Positions 1-9,386 of a stretch of 34,269 nt of DNA are shown piece after piece (position 1 is the first letter of the stretch; each line of letters begins with the position of its first letter). The stretch lies in IMG/VR virus record IMGVR_UViG_3300044759_000069, positions 1 through 34,269 of that record. One strand, 5' to 3'. This stretch comes from a virus. Its lineage: Duplodnaviria > Caudoviricetes. The position numbers and the translations under genes are program-made. Below the pieces are notes generated by a model. It searched no databases, had not been told where the DNA came from, and saw only the letters and a list, made by a program, of their open reading frames with translations.

Positions 1-182
1 ACAACCGCCCCAGCGACGGGCGTATGATTCCCCCGCCCAGTCCTGCCGCGGCCGCGGCGCTCTGCGAGGAGCGCCTCGGTGTCTGAAAAAGCCAAACCCG
101 AAACCAACACAAACCCCCACCCGCCGGCGCAGCTCCGTCGCCGAACTCCTCACGCACTTCACTCGCTTGGGAGGAATGGCTC

Positions 183-317
183 ATGAGCATTCTCTGCATT
201 CTCTATCTCGCGGCGCTCGTGTCGACGATCGTGTCGATCATGGGCAAGTGCCCGCTGTACGTGCCCGTGCTTCTCGTGTCCATCGGTCTACTGCTCGGTT
301 GTCTCAGTCTGCGATAG
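183..317 (+). CDS. 44-aa two-TM membrane protein, holin-like (absent from ORF track)
   Basis: GGAGG at 170-174, ATG 183, TAG 315-317. MSILCILYLAALVSTIVSIMGKCPLYVPVLLVSIGLLLGCLSLR has two hydrophobic segments around GKCP. Confidence 0.65.
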   Translation: MSILCILYLAALVSTIVSIMGKCPLYVPVLLVSIGLLLGCLSLR

Positions 318-340
318 CGAATCGCGAAGAGGGTGAACGC

Positions 341-1069
341 ATGAAAGTACGCGGAACGTCGGGCGCCACACCGGTCGGCACAACGCGGGCGTTTGATGGC
401 GCCGGTCTCGGGGAGCTGCTCGACAAGCTCCTGCTCCTGAAAGAACTCCAGCCGATAATCAAACTGTTCTTCACGCTCTTCGAAAAGCTGATCCCGCCAC
501 CGCCAGAGGTCATCGCTCCAGCACCGGGGCCGATCGATCCCGGCCGGCCCGGTGGTCCGACGTTGCCGCAGGTGCCCATCGATACGCGGCCGATAAAAGT
601 CCTGACGAGCGCATCGCTGACTTGCGCGGGCGTCGAAGTGCCGCAGCGCGTCGGCGGCGGACCCGGCGTGATGTATTCCGACCATCACGGCATGATCGCG
701 CGCGGGGATAATTTCAACTATGGCTGCGTCGCGTTTTTTTACGGCATGGGGCGTGACGCCAATGGCGACGAGTTCCTAGGCCAGGATTTGATCGACGCCG
801 ATCTCGAATTCCGGACGACATACCGGGTCTACAAAAACGGCCGCCTCGTCGCCGTGATGGAAGGCAAGGGCGACGACAACCCGAACGCCGAAGGTAAACC
901 GGCTCACTGGCACCAGTCGGAGTCGGGCGGCGTCGGATTCGGGAGCTCGCGTTGGCTGAATTCCGCCGGGTGCGATAGCCGAATCGTGTTCTACGAGGAG
1001 GGCTCGTACGAAGTCGAGTGGGAGATGGCTGGGTTTGTCGCCGGCCGCGTCCCCTTCCACGTGAGCTGA
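341..1069 (+). CDS. Hypothetical protein (242 aa): amphipathic Leu-rich helix, Pro-rich linker, beta-rich C-terminal domain
   Basis: GAGGGTG precedes ATG 341. The track start at 167 overlaps the 183-317 gene. Confidence 0.7.
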   Translation: MKVRGTSGATPVGTTRAFDGAGLGELLDKLLLLKELQPIIKLFFTLFEKLIPPPPEVIAPAPGPIDPGRPGGPTLPQVPIDTRPIKVLTSASLTCAGVEVPQRVGGGPGVMYSDHHGMIARGDNFNYGCVAFFYGMGRDANGDEFLGQDLIDADLEFRTTYRVYKNGRLVAVMEGKGDDNPNAEGKPAHWHQSESGGVGFGSSRWLNSAGCDSRIVFYEEGSYEVEWEMAGFVAGRVPFHVS

Positions 1070-1075
1070 CACTCT

Positions 1076-1321
1076 ATGCACGCGCTGGTCGCTCTCACGC
1101 TTGGCGCTGTCCTCGAGGGACAGCCGACGGCGATCCAGTGCGACTCGATCATCGTCACCGGTGGCGAGGGGCTCTGGTGCATCCCGAAGACCTCGCCGCC
1201 GAGTGAGACGACCACATCACCGACGGACTCGAGCTCGAGCGAGCCGACTCTGGAGCAGAAGCCGAGGGACAGGCCGGACAGACGCGGAAGGTCGCGCACG
1301 CGACCCCGAGGCAGGAGGTGA
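1076..1321 (+). CDS. Small hypothetical protein with hydrophobic N-terminus, Cys pair, Ser/Thr linker and basic tail
   Basis: Fills the gap between adjacent genes; signal-peptide-like start MHALVALTLGAVL. Confidence 0.5.
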   Translation: MHALVALTLGAVLEGQPTAIQCDSIIVTGGEGLWCIPKTSPPSETTTSPTDSSSSEPTLEQKPRDRPDRRGRSRTRPRGRR

Positions 1322-1331
1322 TCTTGTGACC

Positions 1332-2417
1332 ATGCGAAAACTGGCGCTACTCGCTGCCCTCGTTCTGTTGGTCTCGAGCTGCCAGAAACGCCCACGCCCG
1401 CCATACCCAACGCCGTACACGCCGGTAGGCCTCACCTGCGGAGGCGTCGACGATACCGACGCCATTCAGCAGGCGGTCGATATCAGCAACCAGGTCAACA
1501 TCATCGGCCAGAAATGCGCCATCGACAGCGCGAAGACAGTGTGGATTCCGAGCGGTCGCACGATCATCGCGACCGGTTCGGTCTTCACGGAGCGGCCAGG
1601 TTGTCGACCGCGCTGCCGGCTGTTCGAGACGAAATCGGGATCCAACGACATCACGTTCATCGACGGCGAGCTCGTGGGCGATCCCGCGAACATGACGAGC
1701 CTCGATTGGCGCTTCGGCATGCGGTTGAACGACGTCAGGGGCTTCCGAATGATCGGCACACGCATTCGCGGGTTCCGGTTCGATGCGCTCGGCATCGGCG
1801 GTAATGCCGGGTCTCACTACGTCGAGATAGAGCGCGTGGTCTTCGAAGGCAATGGCCGATCTCATGTGAGCGTCGCACGTGGATCGTTCATCGCATTCCG
1901 CAAGGGCGTCTACCGCAACGTCGTCGCGATGCCTGGGACAACGCTTCCGAATCCCGGCGCCGCGATCAACATCGAGGGCAACAGCGGCGATTACGTGACC
2001 GACGTGGTTATCGACGGCATCGAAGCCTACGGCAATGTCAAAGGAGTAGTCGTGATCCCCGGCAAGGGTCTCCCGCACTCCCGCATCCAGATCACGAACA
2101 ACACCCTCACCGACAACAACCTCGGCGGGCAAGGCTACGGCATCATTGCAAACAGCATCCAGCAGGGTTTGATTTACGGCAACACAATCAGCGGCTCGTG
2201 GTTGTGCATGACAATCGGGGGCGCCACGGAGACGACCCGTGCGAGTGGTTTGGATATCTCGCGGAACGTGATGACCAACTGCGGGACTGGAGGCGGGTTC
2301 CGTCTGACGGGCGTCAAGGATTCGATGGTCTCGCTGAACGACTACCCCGGCGCGATGCAGCAGCCTGCGCTTGGGGTCAGCGGGAACATGATCTTCGCGG
2401 GCAACGTGCAGCGATGA
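1332..2417 (+). CDS. Lipoprotein with right-handed parallel beta-helix (pectate lyase 3-like) domain
   Basis: AGGAGGTG SD at 1313-1320; MRKLALLAALVLLVSS-C17 lipobox; GGVDDTDAIQQAVD cap motif; beta-helix rungs such as IQITNNTLTDNN and LIYGNTISG. Confidence 0.8.
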   Translation: MRKLALLAALVLLVSSCQKRPRPPYPTPYTPVGLTCGGVDDTDAIQQAVDISNQVNIIGQKCAIDSAKTVWIPSGRTIIATGSVFTERPGCRPRCRLFETKSGSNDITFIDGELVGDPANMTSLDWRFGMRLNDVRGFRMIGTRIRGFRFDALGIGGNAGSHYVEIERVVFEGNGRSHVSVARGSFIAFRKGVYRNVVAMPGTTLPNPGAAINIEGNSGDYVTDVVIDGIEAYGNVKGVVVIPGKGLPHSRIQITNNTLTDNNLGGQGYGIIANSIQQGLIYGNTISGSWLCMTIGGATETTRASGLDISRNVMTNCGTGGGFRLTGVKDSMVSLNDYPGAMQQPALGVSGNMIFAGNVQR

Positions 2418-2611
2418 GCTTCCTGCGCTGGATGGCCCTATTCGCCGTAGCCTTCGTGAGCTGCTCCGTGGTGGTGCGGTATCTCGCCGAAGTGGACGCG
2501 CCCATTACCGAGTTAGAAGCAGCGGCGGGCGTCGTTGCAATTGGAACCGTAGTGCTTGAGGTCGTCGTCGCGATCCAGGCGGCGATGGCCGAGAAGCCGA
2601 TCCGACGCTGA
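2414..2611 (+). CDS. 65-aa two-TM membrane protein, holin-like
   Basis: ATGA overlap with the upstream stop and TGATG coupling to the next gene; two hydrophobic segments and a basic C-terminus (KPIRR). Confidence 0.65.
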   Translation: MSFLRWMALFAVAFVSCSVVVRYLAEVDAPITELEAAAGVVAIGTVVLEVVVAIQAAMAEKPIRR

Positions 2612-3345
2612 TGCTCTTCCCGGTTCGAAGTTCGCTCTCGCCGGTCGGTGGCGCAGCGGCGCGCGCGCAATCCGAGCTGCTCACGGGACTCGTCGCGTAT
2701 TGGAAGCTCGACGAGGCCAGCGGTACGCGCGTCGATGCGACGGGACGCGGCAACAATCTGACCGACTTCAACTCTGTTGGCACAGCGGCAGGAATCGTTG
2801 GCTCTTCGGCGCAGTTCGTAGCGGCCAGCTCCAAATACCTCGGCTGTGCGTCGACTGCTGACCTCACGATGGGCACTAGCAATTTCACCATCTCCGCATG
2901 GGTTCGCCCGGATACTACAGGCGGAGTACAGGTGATTGCGGCCAAGGGGAGCACGGCCGCGGCCTCGAGTTATGAGACGTCCCTCATCGCATGCCATAGC
3001 GGCCTCAGCAATGTGTGTCTATTCTCTATCTCCGATGGAGTGACCCAAAGGATTGTTGCTGGACCGGTGCTTACCACCGGCGCGTGGCATTACGTGGTTG
3101 GATGGCTAGACCGTCCTGCCGACAGAATTTATATCCAGGTCGACGGCGGCGTGCCAGCTTCTGAAATCCTTGTCGGTTACGTCATACCCTCAGCTGGCCT
3201 GCCGTTTGCGCTCGGGCGATCCACGTTCGGCCACTATCTAAACGGGCGCCTCGACGAAGTCGGGATCTGGAAGCGCGTCCTGACGACGGCCGAACGCGCA
3301 TCGCTCTACAACGGCGGCGCTGGCCGCACGTATCCATTCGCTTGA
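2611..3345 (+). CDS. LamG / concanavalin A-like jelly-roll protein (possible virion glycan-binding protein)
   Basis: LVAYWKLDE, FTISAWVRP, GAWHYVVG and LNGRLDEVGIWKRVLT motifs typical of Laminin_G_3. Confidence 0.88.
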   Translation: MLFPVRSSLSPVGGAAARAQSELLTGLVAYWKLDEASGTRVDATGRGNNLTDFNSVGTAAGIVGSSAQFVAASSKYLGCASTADLTMGTSNFTISAWVRPDTTGGVQVIAAKGSTAAASSYETSLIACHSGLSNVCLFSISDGVTQRIVAGPVLTTGAWHYVVGWLDRPADRIYIQVDGGVPASEILVGYVIPSAGLPFALGRSTFGHYLNGRLDEVGIWKRVLTTAERASLYNGGAGRTYPFA

Positions 3346-3358
3346 AGGGAGAACTCCG

Positions 3359-3664
3359 GTGGCGCAGTCGAATAGAGTCGTGCTCGTCAATCGCACGCGT
3401 GAAGCTGCGCGTGAGCTCTACACTGCAGTCGAAAAGGCACGCGTCACTTTCGCGGAGTACACGAGCGACGGAGGCGCAGACTACACGGACCCGTACTTCT
3501 ACGTGGACGAGGACGTGAACGGCGAGCTTCGTCAAGACCTCGACATCACGAAAGAGCAACTGACCGCGGCCGAAGTCGCACTCAACGCTATCACGGCGCC
3601 CAACGCGATGGCTCCGGGCGCAACCATCAATGACTACCTGCCGGCGCTTTCGCAGGTGAAGTGA
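3359..3664 (+). CDS. Hypothetical protein (101 aa)
   Basis: AAGGGAG SD before a GTG start; tight operon spacing. Confidence 0.7.
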   Translation: MAQSNRVVLVNRTREAARELYTAVEKARVTFAEYTSDGGADYTDPYFYVDEDVNGELRQDLDITKEQLTAAEVALNAITAPNAMAPGATINDYLPALSQVK

Positions 3665-3670
3665 CCGCAC

Positions 3671-4825
3671 GTGGCGATTCACCAGATCGGGAACAACCTC
3701 GTGTGCGTCGCGCAGTTTCTAGCGAGTGGTGCGGGCGCTGCTCCAAGTCTGCCCGTCAGTGTCGACGTGCTCAAGATTCCGCTCGCTAGTGGTTCGCCGA
3801 CGACTCTCGTCACCGGCGGTGCGGCGACTCACCTCATACTCGGTGCCTTCTGGTATCGCCTCACGTCCGGTGTCGATACTGCGGCGCTGTATGTCTTCGC
3901 GTTTTCCACCTCGGGCACTGCGGACCAAAAGGTCGTCGTGCAGGGATGGAGCGCTGGTATGGAGTGGACAGAGCGCCTGGATGCGACGATCGCGTCCCGT
4001 TCGAGTCACACAGCAGCGGATGTATGGCTGGCATCCACACGCACGCTGTCCGCCGCCGGCGTGCAGGCGATTTGGGATGCGCTGACGAGCGCACTCTCGA
4101 CGATCGGCTCAATCGGCAAGCGGCTCGTGGATAACATCGACGCCACGATCTCGAGCCGGATGTCGGCCTCGAGCTACGTCGCACCGCCCTCGAGCACATC
4201 GATCGCGGATCAGGTCTGGGACGAGGCCTTGGCCGGGCACCTCACCGCAGGTAGCACAGGGAATGCGCTCAACGCCGCGGGAGCTGCAGGTGACCCCTGG
4301 GCCACTACCCTCCCGGGCCCCTATGCAGGGGACCAGGCGGGGGCCGTCCTCGCATCCATCGATACGCACACCGATCTCATCTCGGCAGGTGGCGTCACGG
4401 TGGTGTCCCCCTACAACCCCACCACCGGCAAGCTCACCCTCACCCGGGGGGACGACTACCCCTCCGACCACCCCGGGCACCTACCCCCCTTCACCTCCAT
4501 GGACTGGCCCGATCTCACGAACGCGATTGTGCGATTCACCATTCGCGCACGTGTAGCGAGTACAGGCCTCGGAGGTGATGTGCTGCTCACGATGACAGAC
4601 ACAATCGCAGCACGCATCGCTGGCCCCGGTGAACAGTCAATCACGTTCGAGCCTATGGCCACGGCGGGTAGCCCTGCACCGAACAACCAGGAGGGGGGTA
4701 CCGACCTGCTCATCGTCGGTGTGAACACAGGGAAATGGGACATCCAGGCCACCCTCGAGGACGGCACCATCAAGACTCTGGTAACTGCCCTCATGGACGT
4801 CGTGGAGGACGTAACCAGGCCATGA
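3671..4825 (+). CDS. Hypothetical, probably virion-associated protein (384 aa)
   Basis: Repeated ADVW/QAIWD/ADQVWDE and LDATIASR/IDATISSR motifs, familiar from phage minor structural proteins; beta-rich C-terminal domain. Confidence 0.65.
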   Translation: MAIHQIGNNLVCVAQFLASGAGAAPSLPVSVDVLKIPLASGSPTTLVTGGAATHLILGAFWYRLTSGVDTAALYVFAFSTSGTADQKVVVQGWSAGMEWTERLDATIASRSSHTAADVWLASTRTLSAAGVQAIWDALTSALSTIGSIGKRLVDNIDATISSRMSASSYVAPPSSTSIADQVWDEALAGHLTAGSTGNALNAAGAAGDPWATTLPGPYAGDQAGAVLASIDTHTDLISAGGVTVVSPYNPTTGKLTLTRGDDYPSDHPGHLPPFTSMDWPDLTNAIVRFTIRARVASTGLGGDVLLTMTDTIAARIAGPGEQSITFEPMATAGSPAPNNQEGGTDLLIVGVNTGKWDIQATLEDGTIKTLVTALMDVVEDVTRP

Positions 4826-4976
4826 CCACCCTCACCCCGCACCGCCACCCTCGACCTCTCATTGCAAACGCATTGAGCATTTCACATTTCGTATTCACGC
4901 ATGCGTTTGATGAGCGCGCGCGTTTAAACACAACTATCAATGAGGCCCGAACACCCCGTATGCCCCCCGGTGCTTC

Positions 4977-5020
4977 GGGTCCTTGTCCCGACTGGGTGAT
5001 CGGGGGCCCGCCCCCTCGCG
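4977..5020 (+). other. Candidate cos site (cosQ plus cosN-like dyad)
   Basis: GGGTCCT at 4977-4983 is identical to lambda cosQ. GGGGG-CCCG-CCCCC dyad at 5002-5015 ends in CCT-CGCG like lambda cosN. Lies about 60 bp upstream of terS. Confidence 0.65.
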
Positions 5021-5079
5021 CGTGTCCGCTAGCCAAACACCTCGGCGATGGGTACGCGAGCACCACGGAGGCCCTGTGA

Positions 5080-5616
5080 ATGGGGACGGTGAGCGCGCCG
5101 GCGACGCGCAGGACTTCGCCTGCGAAAGCGGCGCCGATGTCGCTCCGTGCGTTCGCGAAGCACCTCGGGGTCACGGACCGCGCGCTGCGCAAGGCCATCA
5201 TTTCGGGCCGGCTGGCGGGGTCGTTGGGCACGACGGCGAGCGGGAAGCCGTGCATCTCGAATCCCGAGCTCGCGGCGAAGGAGTGGGAGGCGGTCCGATC
5301 GCAACCCAGCCCGGGAGGTTCGGCGTCGGCCTCGTCCGGGCTCGCGCAGGCGCAGATGCGTGTCGCGGAGCAGCGCGAGGCGTCGCTGCGCATCGCGAAC
5401 GAGCAGAGGGCCGGCCGGCTCATCGACGCGGAGAGGGCGCGCCGTGACGCTTTTGCTTGCGCTCGCGCTGTCCGGGACGCTGTGCTCAATGTTCCCGACC
5501 GCCTGGCCGCAGAGCTCGCCGCCGAGTCCGATGCCGCGCGGGTTCACGAGCGCCTCGACCTCGAGCTCCGCAAGGCGCTCGAACTGGTTGCCGAGGTTCT
5601 CGCCCGTGGCGAGTAA
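5080..5616 (+). CDS. terS: Terminase small subunit (Nu1-like)
   Basis: N-terminal wHTH MSLRAFAKHLGVTDRALRKAI, coiled coil, and AGRLID...VRDAVLNVPDRLAAELAA; overlaps terL start. Confidence 0.9.
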   Translation: MGTVSAPATRRTSPAKAAPMSLRAFAKHLGVTDRALRKAIISGRLAGSLGTTASGKPCISNPELAAKEWEAVRSQPSPGGSASASSGLAQAQMRVAEQREASLRIANEQRAGRLIDAERARRDAFACARAVRDAVLNVPDRLAAELAAESDAARVHERLDLELRKALELVAEVLARGE

Positions 5617-7540
5617 GAGCGTCGTCTACGAGGGCTGGTCGGAGGGCGCCTGGCCGGACCGGCAGATCCTCGTAAGCGAGTGGGCGGACCTGTACCGCCG
5701 GCTGCCGCAGAAGTCGAGCGCGGAGCCTGGACCCTGGCGCACGTCGCGCACCCCGTACCTGCGCGAGCCGATGGACTGCATGTCGGCGAGGTCGCCCGTC
5801 GAGGAGGTCGTGTTCATGAAGGGCGCCCAGGTCGGTGGCACGGAGGCCATCCTGAACGCTCTCGGGTATCTCATCGATCACAGCCCTGGCCCCGCGATGA
5901 TCGTGCAGCCGACCGTCGAGACGGCGAAGCGGTTCTCGAGGCAACGTCTAACGCCGCTCCTCGAGGAGACGCCGCAGCTCGCCGGGAAGGTGGCGGACAG
6001 CCACACGCGCGACGCGAGCAACAGCATGCTCACGAAGGAATTCATGGGCGGAGTCCTCATCATCACCGGAGCGAACAGCGCGGTCGGCCTTCGCTCGATG
6101 CCAGCGCGGTGGTTGCTGCTCGACGAGATCGACGGATACCCGGCGGACGTCGACGAAGAGGGCGCGCCTATCGATCTCGCCGAGGCGCGGCAACGCACGT
6201 TCGCGCGGCGGAAGCGCATGAAGATCTCGACGCCGACGATCGCGGGCTCATCGGCGATCGAACGCGCTTACATGAGCACCGACCGACGCCGGTACCACGT
6301 GCCGTGCCCGCGGTGCGGCGAGATGCAGCCACTCGAGTTCGCGCGCTTGCAGTGGTCGAAGCTCGGGCGGCCGCCGGCCAGGGCGGTCTACTGCTGCCGC
6401 GGCTGCGACGGAATCATCGAGGACCACGAGAAAACGGCGATGTTGGCGGCGGGCGAGTGGGTGCCTGAGGATCCGGACGCGAATCCGAAGGTGCGCGGGT
6501 ATCACCTGAGCGCGCTCTACTCGCCGGTGGGCTGGATGTCGTGGGGCCAGATCGCCGAATCGTTCGTGCGGGTCCACAGGAACCCCGAGAAGTTCAGGGT
6601 GTTCACAAACACCGTCCTCGGTGAGACCTGGGCGGAGCGGGGCGAGGCGCCGGAATGGGAACGCATCCGCGACCGGCGCGAGCCCTACGTGATGCGCACC
6701 GTGCCTGCGGGCGGCCTGCTCCTGACCGCCGGCGCCGACGTTCAGAAGGACCGCATCGTGTTCGAGGTCGTGGCCTGGGGTCGTGGTAAGGAGTCGTGGT
6801 CGATCGACTACGCCGTGTTGCCGGGCGACACGGCGAACCTCGAGCTCGTTGACGGGCCCTGGAAAAAGCTCGACGCCCTGATGGGCCGTACCTTCACGCA
6901 CCAGGACGGCGCGGAGATGCCGGTCCGCATGCTGGCCGTCGACTCCGGCTACAACACGCAGCAGGTCTACACCTGGTGCCGCCGGTACCCGCTGAACCGG
7001 GTCATCGCGGTCAAGGGTGTCGTGGGCGGCGCCGTGCTCATCAGTTCGCCGTCGGCCGTGGACATCAAGCTCACCGGGAAACGCCCGGTGCGCGGGTACA
7101 AGGTCTGGCCGGTCTGCGGCAGCGTCGCGAAGAGCGAGCTCTACGGCTGGCTACGCCTGGATCGACCGGCAGAAGGCGAGGCGTACGCTCCGGGCTGGTG
7201 CCACTTTCCGGAATACGACGACGAGTTCTTCCGGCAGCTCACGGCCGAGCACCTGATCTCGGTGAAGAACAAGAAGGGGTTCATCCGGTACGAGTGGGCG
7301 CTCGTCCCCGGTCGGGAGAACCACGCGCTCGATGCTCGCGTCTACGCCCGCGCCGCTGCACAGATCGTCGGGTTGGACCGTTTCGGCGAGAAGGAATGGG
7401 CAGACCTCGAGCAGATGGTCGCGCAGGCGCCGGATCGCAGTGGAGACGGCGGAGCTCCCGCGGCGAAACCGGCTCCGGCCCGGCCGAGCGGATTCTTCGG
7501 CAATCGTCGGCCCGGGGGTTTCTGGGGGAATCGAGGATAG
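5606..7540 (+). CDS. terL: Terminase large subunit, lambda GpA family (644 aa)
   Basis: VSEWAD, PGPWRTSRTPYLREPMD, Walker A MKGAQVGGTE, Walker B LLLDEID, STPT, CPRC/CRGC, nuclease LTAGADVQ and RENHALD. GTG 5606 chosen over the track start. Confidence 0.97.
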   Translation: MASKSVVYEGWSEGAWPDRQILVSEWADLYRRLPQKSSAEPGPWRTSRTPYLREPMDCMSARSPVEEVVFMKGAQVGGTEAILNALGYLIDHSPGPAMIVQPTVETAKRFSRQRLTPLLEETPQLAGKVADSHTRDASNSMLTKEFMGGVLIITGANSAVGLRSMPARWLLLDEIDGYPADVDEEGAPIDLAEARQRTFARRKRMKISTPTIAGSSAIERAYMSTDRRRYHVPCPRCGEMQPLEFARLQWSKLGRPPARAVYCCRGCDGIIEDHEKTAMLAAGEWVPEDPDANPKVRGYHLSALYSPVGWMSWGQIAESFVRVHRNPEKFRVFTNTVLGETWAERGEAPEWERIRDRREPYVMRTVPAGGLLLTAGADVQKDRIVFEVVAWGRGKESWSIDYAVLPGDTANLELVDGPWKKLDALMGRTFTHQDGAEMPVRMLAVDSGYNTQQVYTWCRRYPLNRVIAVKGVVGGAVLISSPSAVDIKLTGKRPVRGYKVWPVCGSVAKSELYGWLRLDRPAEGEAYAPGWCHFPEYDDEFFRQLTAEHLISVKNKKGFIRYEWALVPGRENHALDARVYARAAAQIVGLDRFGEKEWADLEQMVAQAPDRSGDGGAPAAKPAPARPSGFFGNRRPGGFWGNRG

Positions 7541-7542
7541 AG

Positions 7543-7752
7543 ATGCGCGAACAGTTGCTGGTCGCACGGGAAAAGCTGGTCGCTGGGATCGCCGGAGCCG
7601 GGATCATTGGGGCGATGACGGTGGCCGGGCAGCAATTCACCTTCCGCAGCATCGAGGACATGGAACGCGCGCTCGCGTGGATCGACCGGCAGCTCGCGCT
7701 CCTCGATGGGACGAGCCGCACCAGGCTCGCGGCGACCAGCAAGGGGGCATGA
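7543..7752 (+). CDS. Head-tail joining protein (gpW-like, 69 aa)
   Basis: Sits between terL and portal; TFRSIEDMERALAWIDRQL motif; GAGG SD. Confidence 0.85.
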   Translation: MREQLLVAREKLVAGIAGAGIIGAMTVAGQQFTFRSIEDMERALAWIDRQLALLDGTSRTRLAATSKGA

Positions 7753-9386
7753 TGCGAGACCAGAGGGTCCAGGCGTCGAACGGCAACTGGCTGGACCGCG
7801 CCGTCGGGTGGTTCGCCCCCCAGCTCGGCCTGCGGCGGGCCCGCGCGCGGATGCTGACCGGCGTGGTGCAGCGGCACTACGAGGCGGCCTCGAGCGGGCG
7901 CCGCACGTCGGGCTGGCTCCGCTCGCCAGGTGACGCCGCGGCGGTGAGTGGACCTTACCTGGCACGCCTGAGGGAGCACGCTCGCGACCTGGTGCGCAAC
8001 AACGGGTACGCCGAAAGCGCATTGACGACGATTTGCGACCACGTGGTGGGATGGGGCATCACGGCCAAGCCCAGGACAACGAACCGGCGCGTGCACGAGG
8101 TGTGGAAGGCCTGGGCGGAGTCGAGCGACTGCGACTCGGACGGACGCCACGATCTCTACGGCCTGCAGCATCTCGTTCTGCGTTCCGTCATCGAGGCGGG
8201 CGAGGTCCTCATTCGCCGCCGCCTTCGCTTCCCGGACGAGGGCCTGCCAATTCCGTTGCAATTGCAGGTCCTGGATCCCGACTTTCTCGACACCGACAAG
8301 GTCGGAAGCCAGGAGATCCGCAACGGCGAGGGCCAGCTCGTCGGGCGTAACGTGATCCTGCACGGGATCGAGTTCGACATTCTCGGCCGCCGGCGGGCGT
8401 ATTGGCTGTTCCGCGAGCACCCCGGCTCGGCCCTGGGCCTGAACAGTGCGGCATCAGTCAGGATCCCCGCGGAAAGCATCCTGCACGTGTACCGGCACGA
8501 CCGGCCGGGGCAGGTGCGCGGCGTGAGCTGGTTCGCCCCGGTGCTGCTGCGCTTCAAGGATTTCGACGAGTTCGAGGACGCAACCTTGATGAAACAGAAG
8601 GTCGCGGCGTGCCTGGCCGTCGTCATGACGACCCCGGACGGCAGCATGACGGCTCTCGGCACGCCGAACATCGATCAGAGTCCGGAATGGGACCACCTCG
8701 AGCCCGGGTCGATCATCTCCGCGACGCCCGGCCAGGAGGTCGAGGTCGTCCAGCCTCCGACCGTGAGCGAGTACCAGCCGTATGCCACGGCGATGCTGCG
8801 CGCGATCGCCACGGGGCTCGGCGTCTCCTACGAGGATCTGACGGGGGACTTCAGCCAGGTGAACTTCTCCTCGGCGCGCATGAGCCGGATTCGCCATTGG
8901 CAGCGCGTCGAGGGCTGGCGTTGGCGCATGTTGATCCCGCAAATGTGCGAACCGGTGTGGAGGTGGGCCATGGAAGCGGCACAGGTCGTCGGGGCCGACG
9001 GAGCCGTGGAGCTCGAGGCGGACTGGACGGGCCCGCCGTTGCCGATGGTGGACCCGGACAAGGAAGGGTTGGCGTACATGCGACTCGTGCGCGCCGGGCT
9101 GATGAGCCGCCAGGAGGCCGTGAGGGAGCGGGGATATGACCCCGCGGCGGTGCTGGCCGAGATCGCGGCGGACAACAGGGCGGCCGACGCGCTCGGGGTG
9201 ATCCTCGACAGCGATCCTCGAAACACCACGCAGGCAGGCAACCCCCGGCAGACGCAGGCGGCCGGGAACGTCAGCACCTTCCAGGAGCCGGAACCAAAGC
9301 CGGCCCCAAGCGAGACGGACGACGAAGACGACGAGGACGAGCAGGAAGAGGAGGACGAAGAGGAGGCGGAGCGTGTCGGAGCGTGA
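7749..9386 (+). CDS. Portal protein, lambda family (545 aa) with acidic C-terminal tail
   Basis: HYEAAS, ARDLVRNN, RPGQVRGVSWFAP, LTGDFSQVNFSSAR, VDPDKE, LDSDPR motifs. Confidence 0.96.
   Translation: MMRDQRVQASNGNWLDRAVGWFAPQLGLRRARARMLTGVVQRHYEAASSGRRTSGWLRSPGDAAAVSGPYLARLREHARDLVRNNGYAESALTTICDHVVGWGITAKPRTTNRRVHEVWKAWAESSDCDSDGRHDLYGLQHLVLRSVIEAGEVLIRRRLRFPDEGLPIPLQLQVLDPDFLDTDKVGSQEIRNGEGQLVGRNVILHGIEFDILGRRRAYWLFREHPGSALGLNSAASVRIPAESILHVYRHDRPGQVRGVSWFAPVLLRFKDFDEFEDATLMKQKVAACLAVVMTTPDGSMTALGTPNIDQSPEWDHLEPGSIISATPGQEVEVVQPPTVSEYQPYATAMLRAIATGLGVSYEDLTGDFSQVNFSSARMSRIRHWQRVEGWRWRMLIPQMCEPVWRWAMEAAQVVGADGAVELEADWTGPPLPMVDPDKEGLAYMRLVRAGLMSRQEAVRERGYDPAAVLAEIAADNRAADALGVILDSDPRNTTQAGNPRQTQAAGNVSTFQEPEPKPAPSETDDEDDEDEQEEEDEEEAERVGA

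Noticed and set aside
87-166. G-poor, A/C-rich intergenic tract
   Set aside because: No convincing promoter, terminator or repeat structure.
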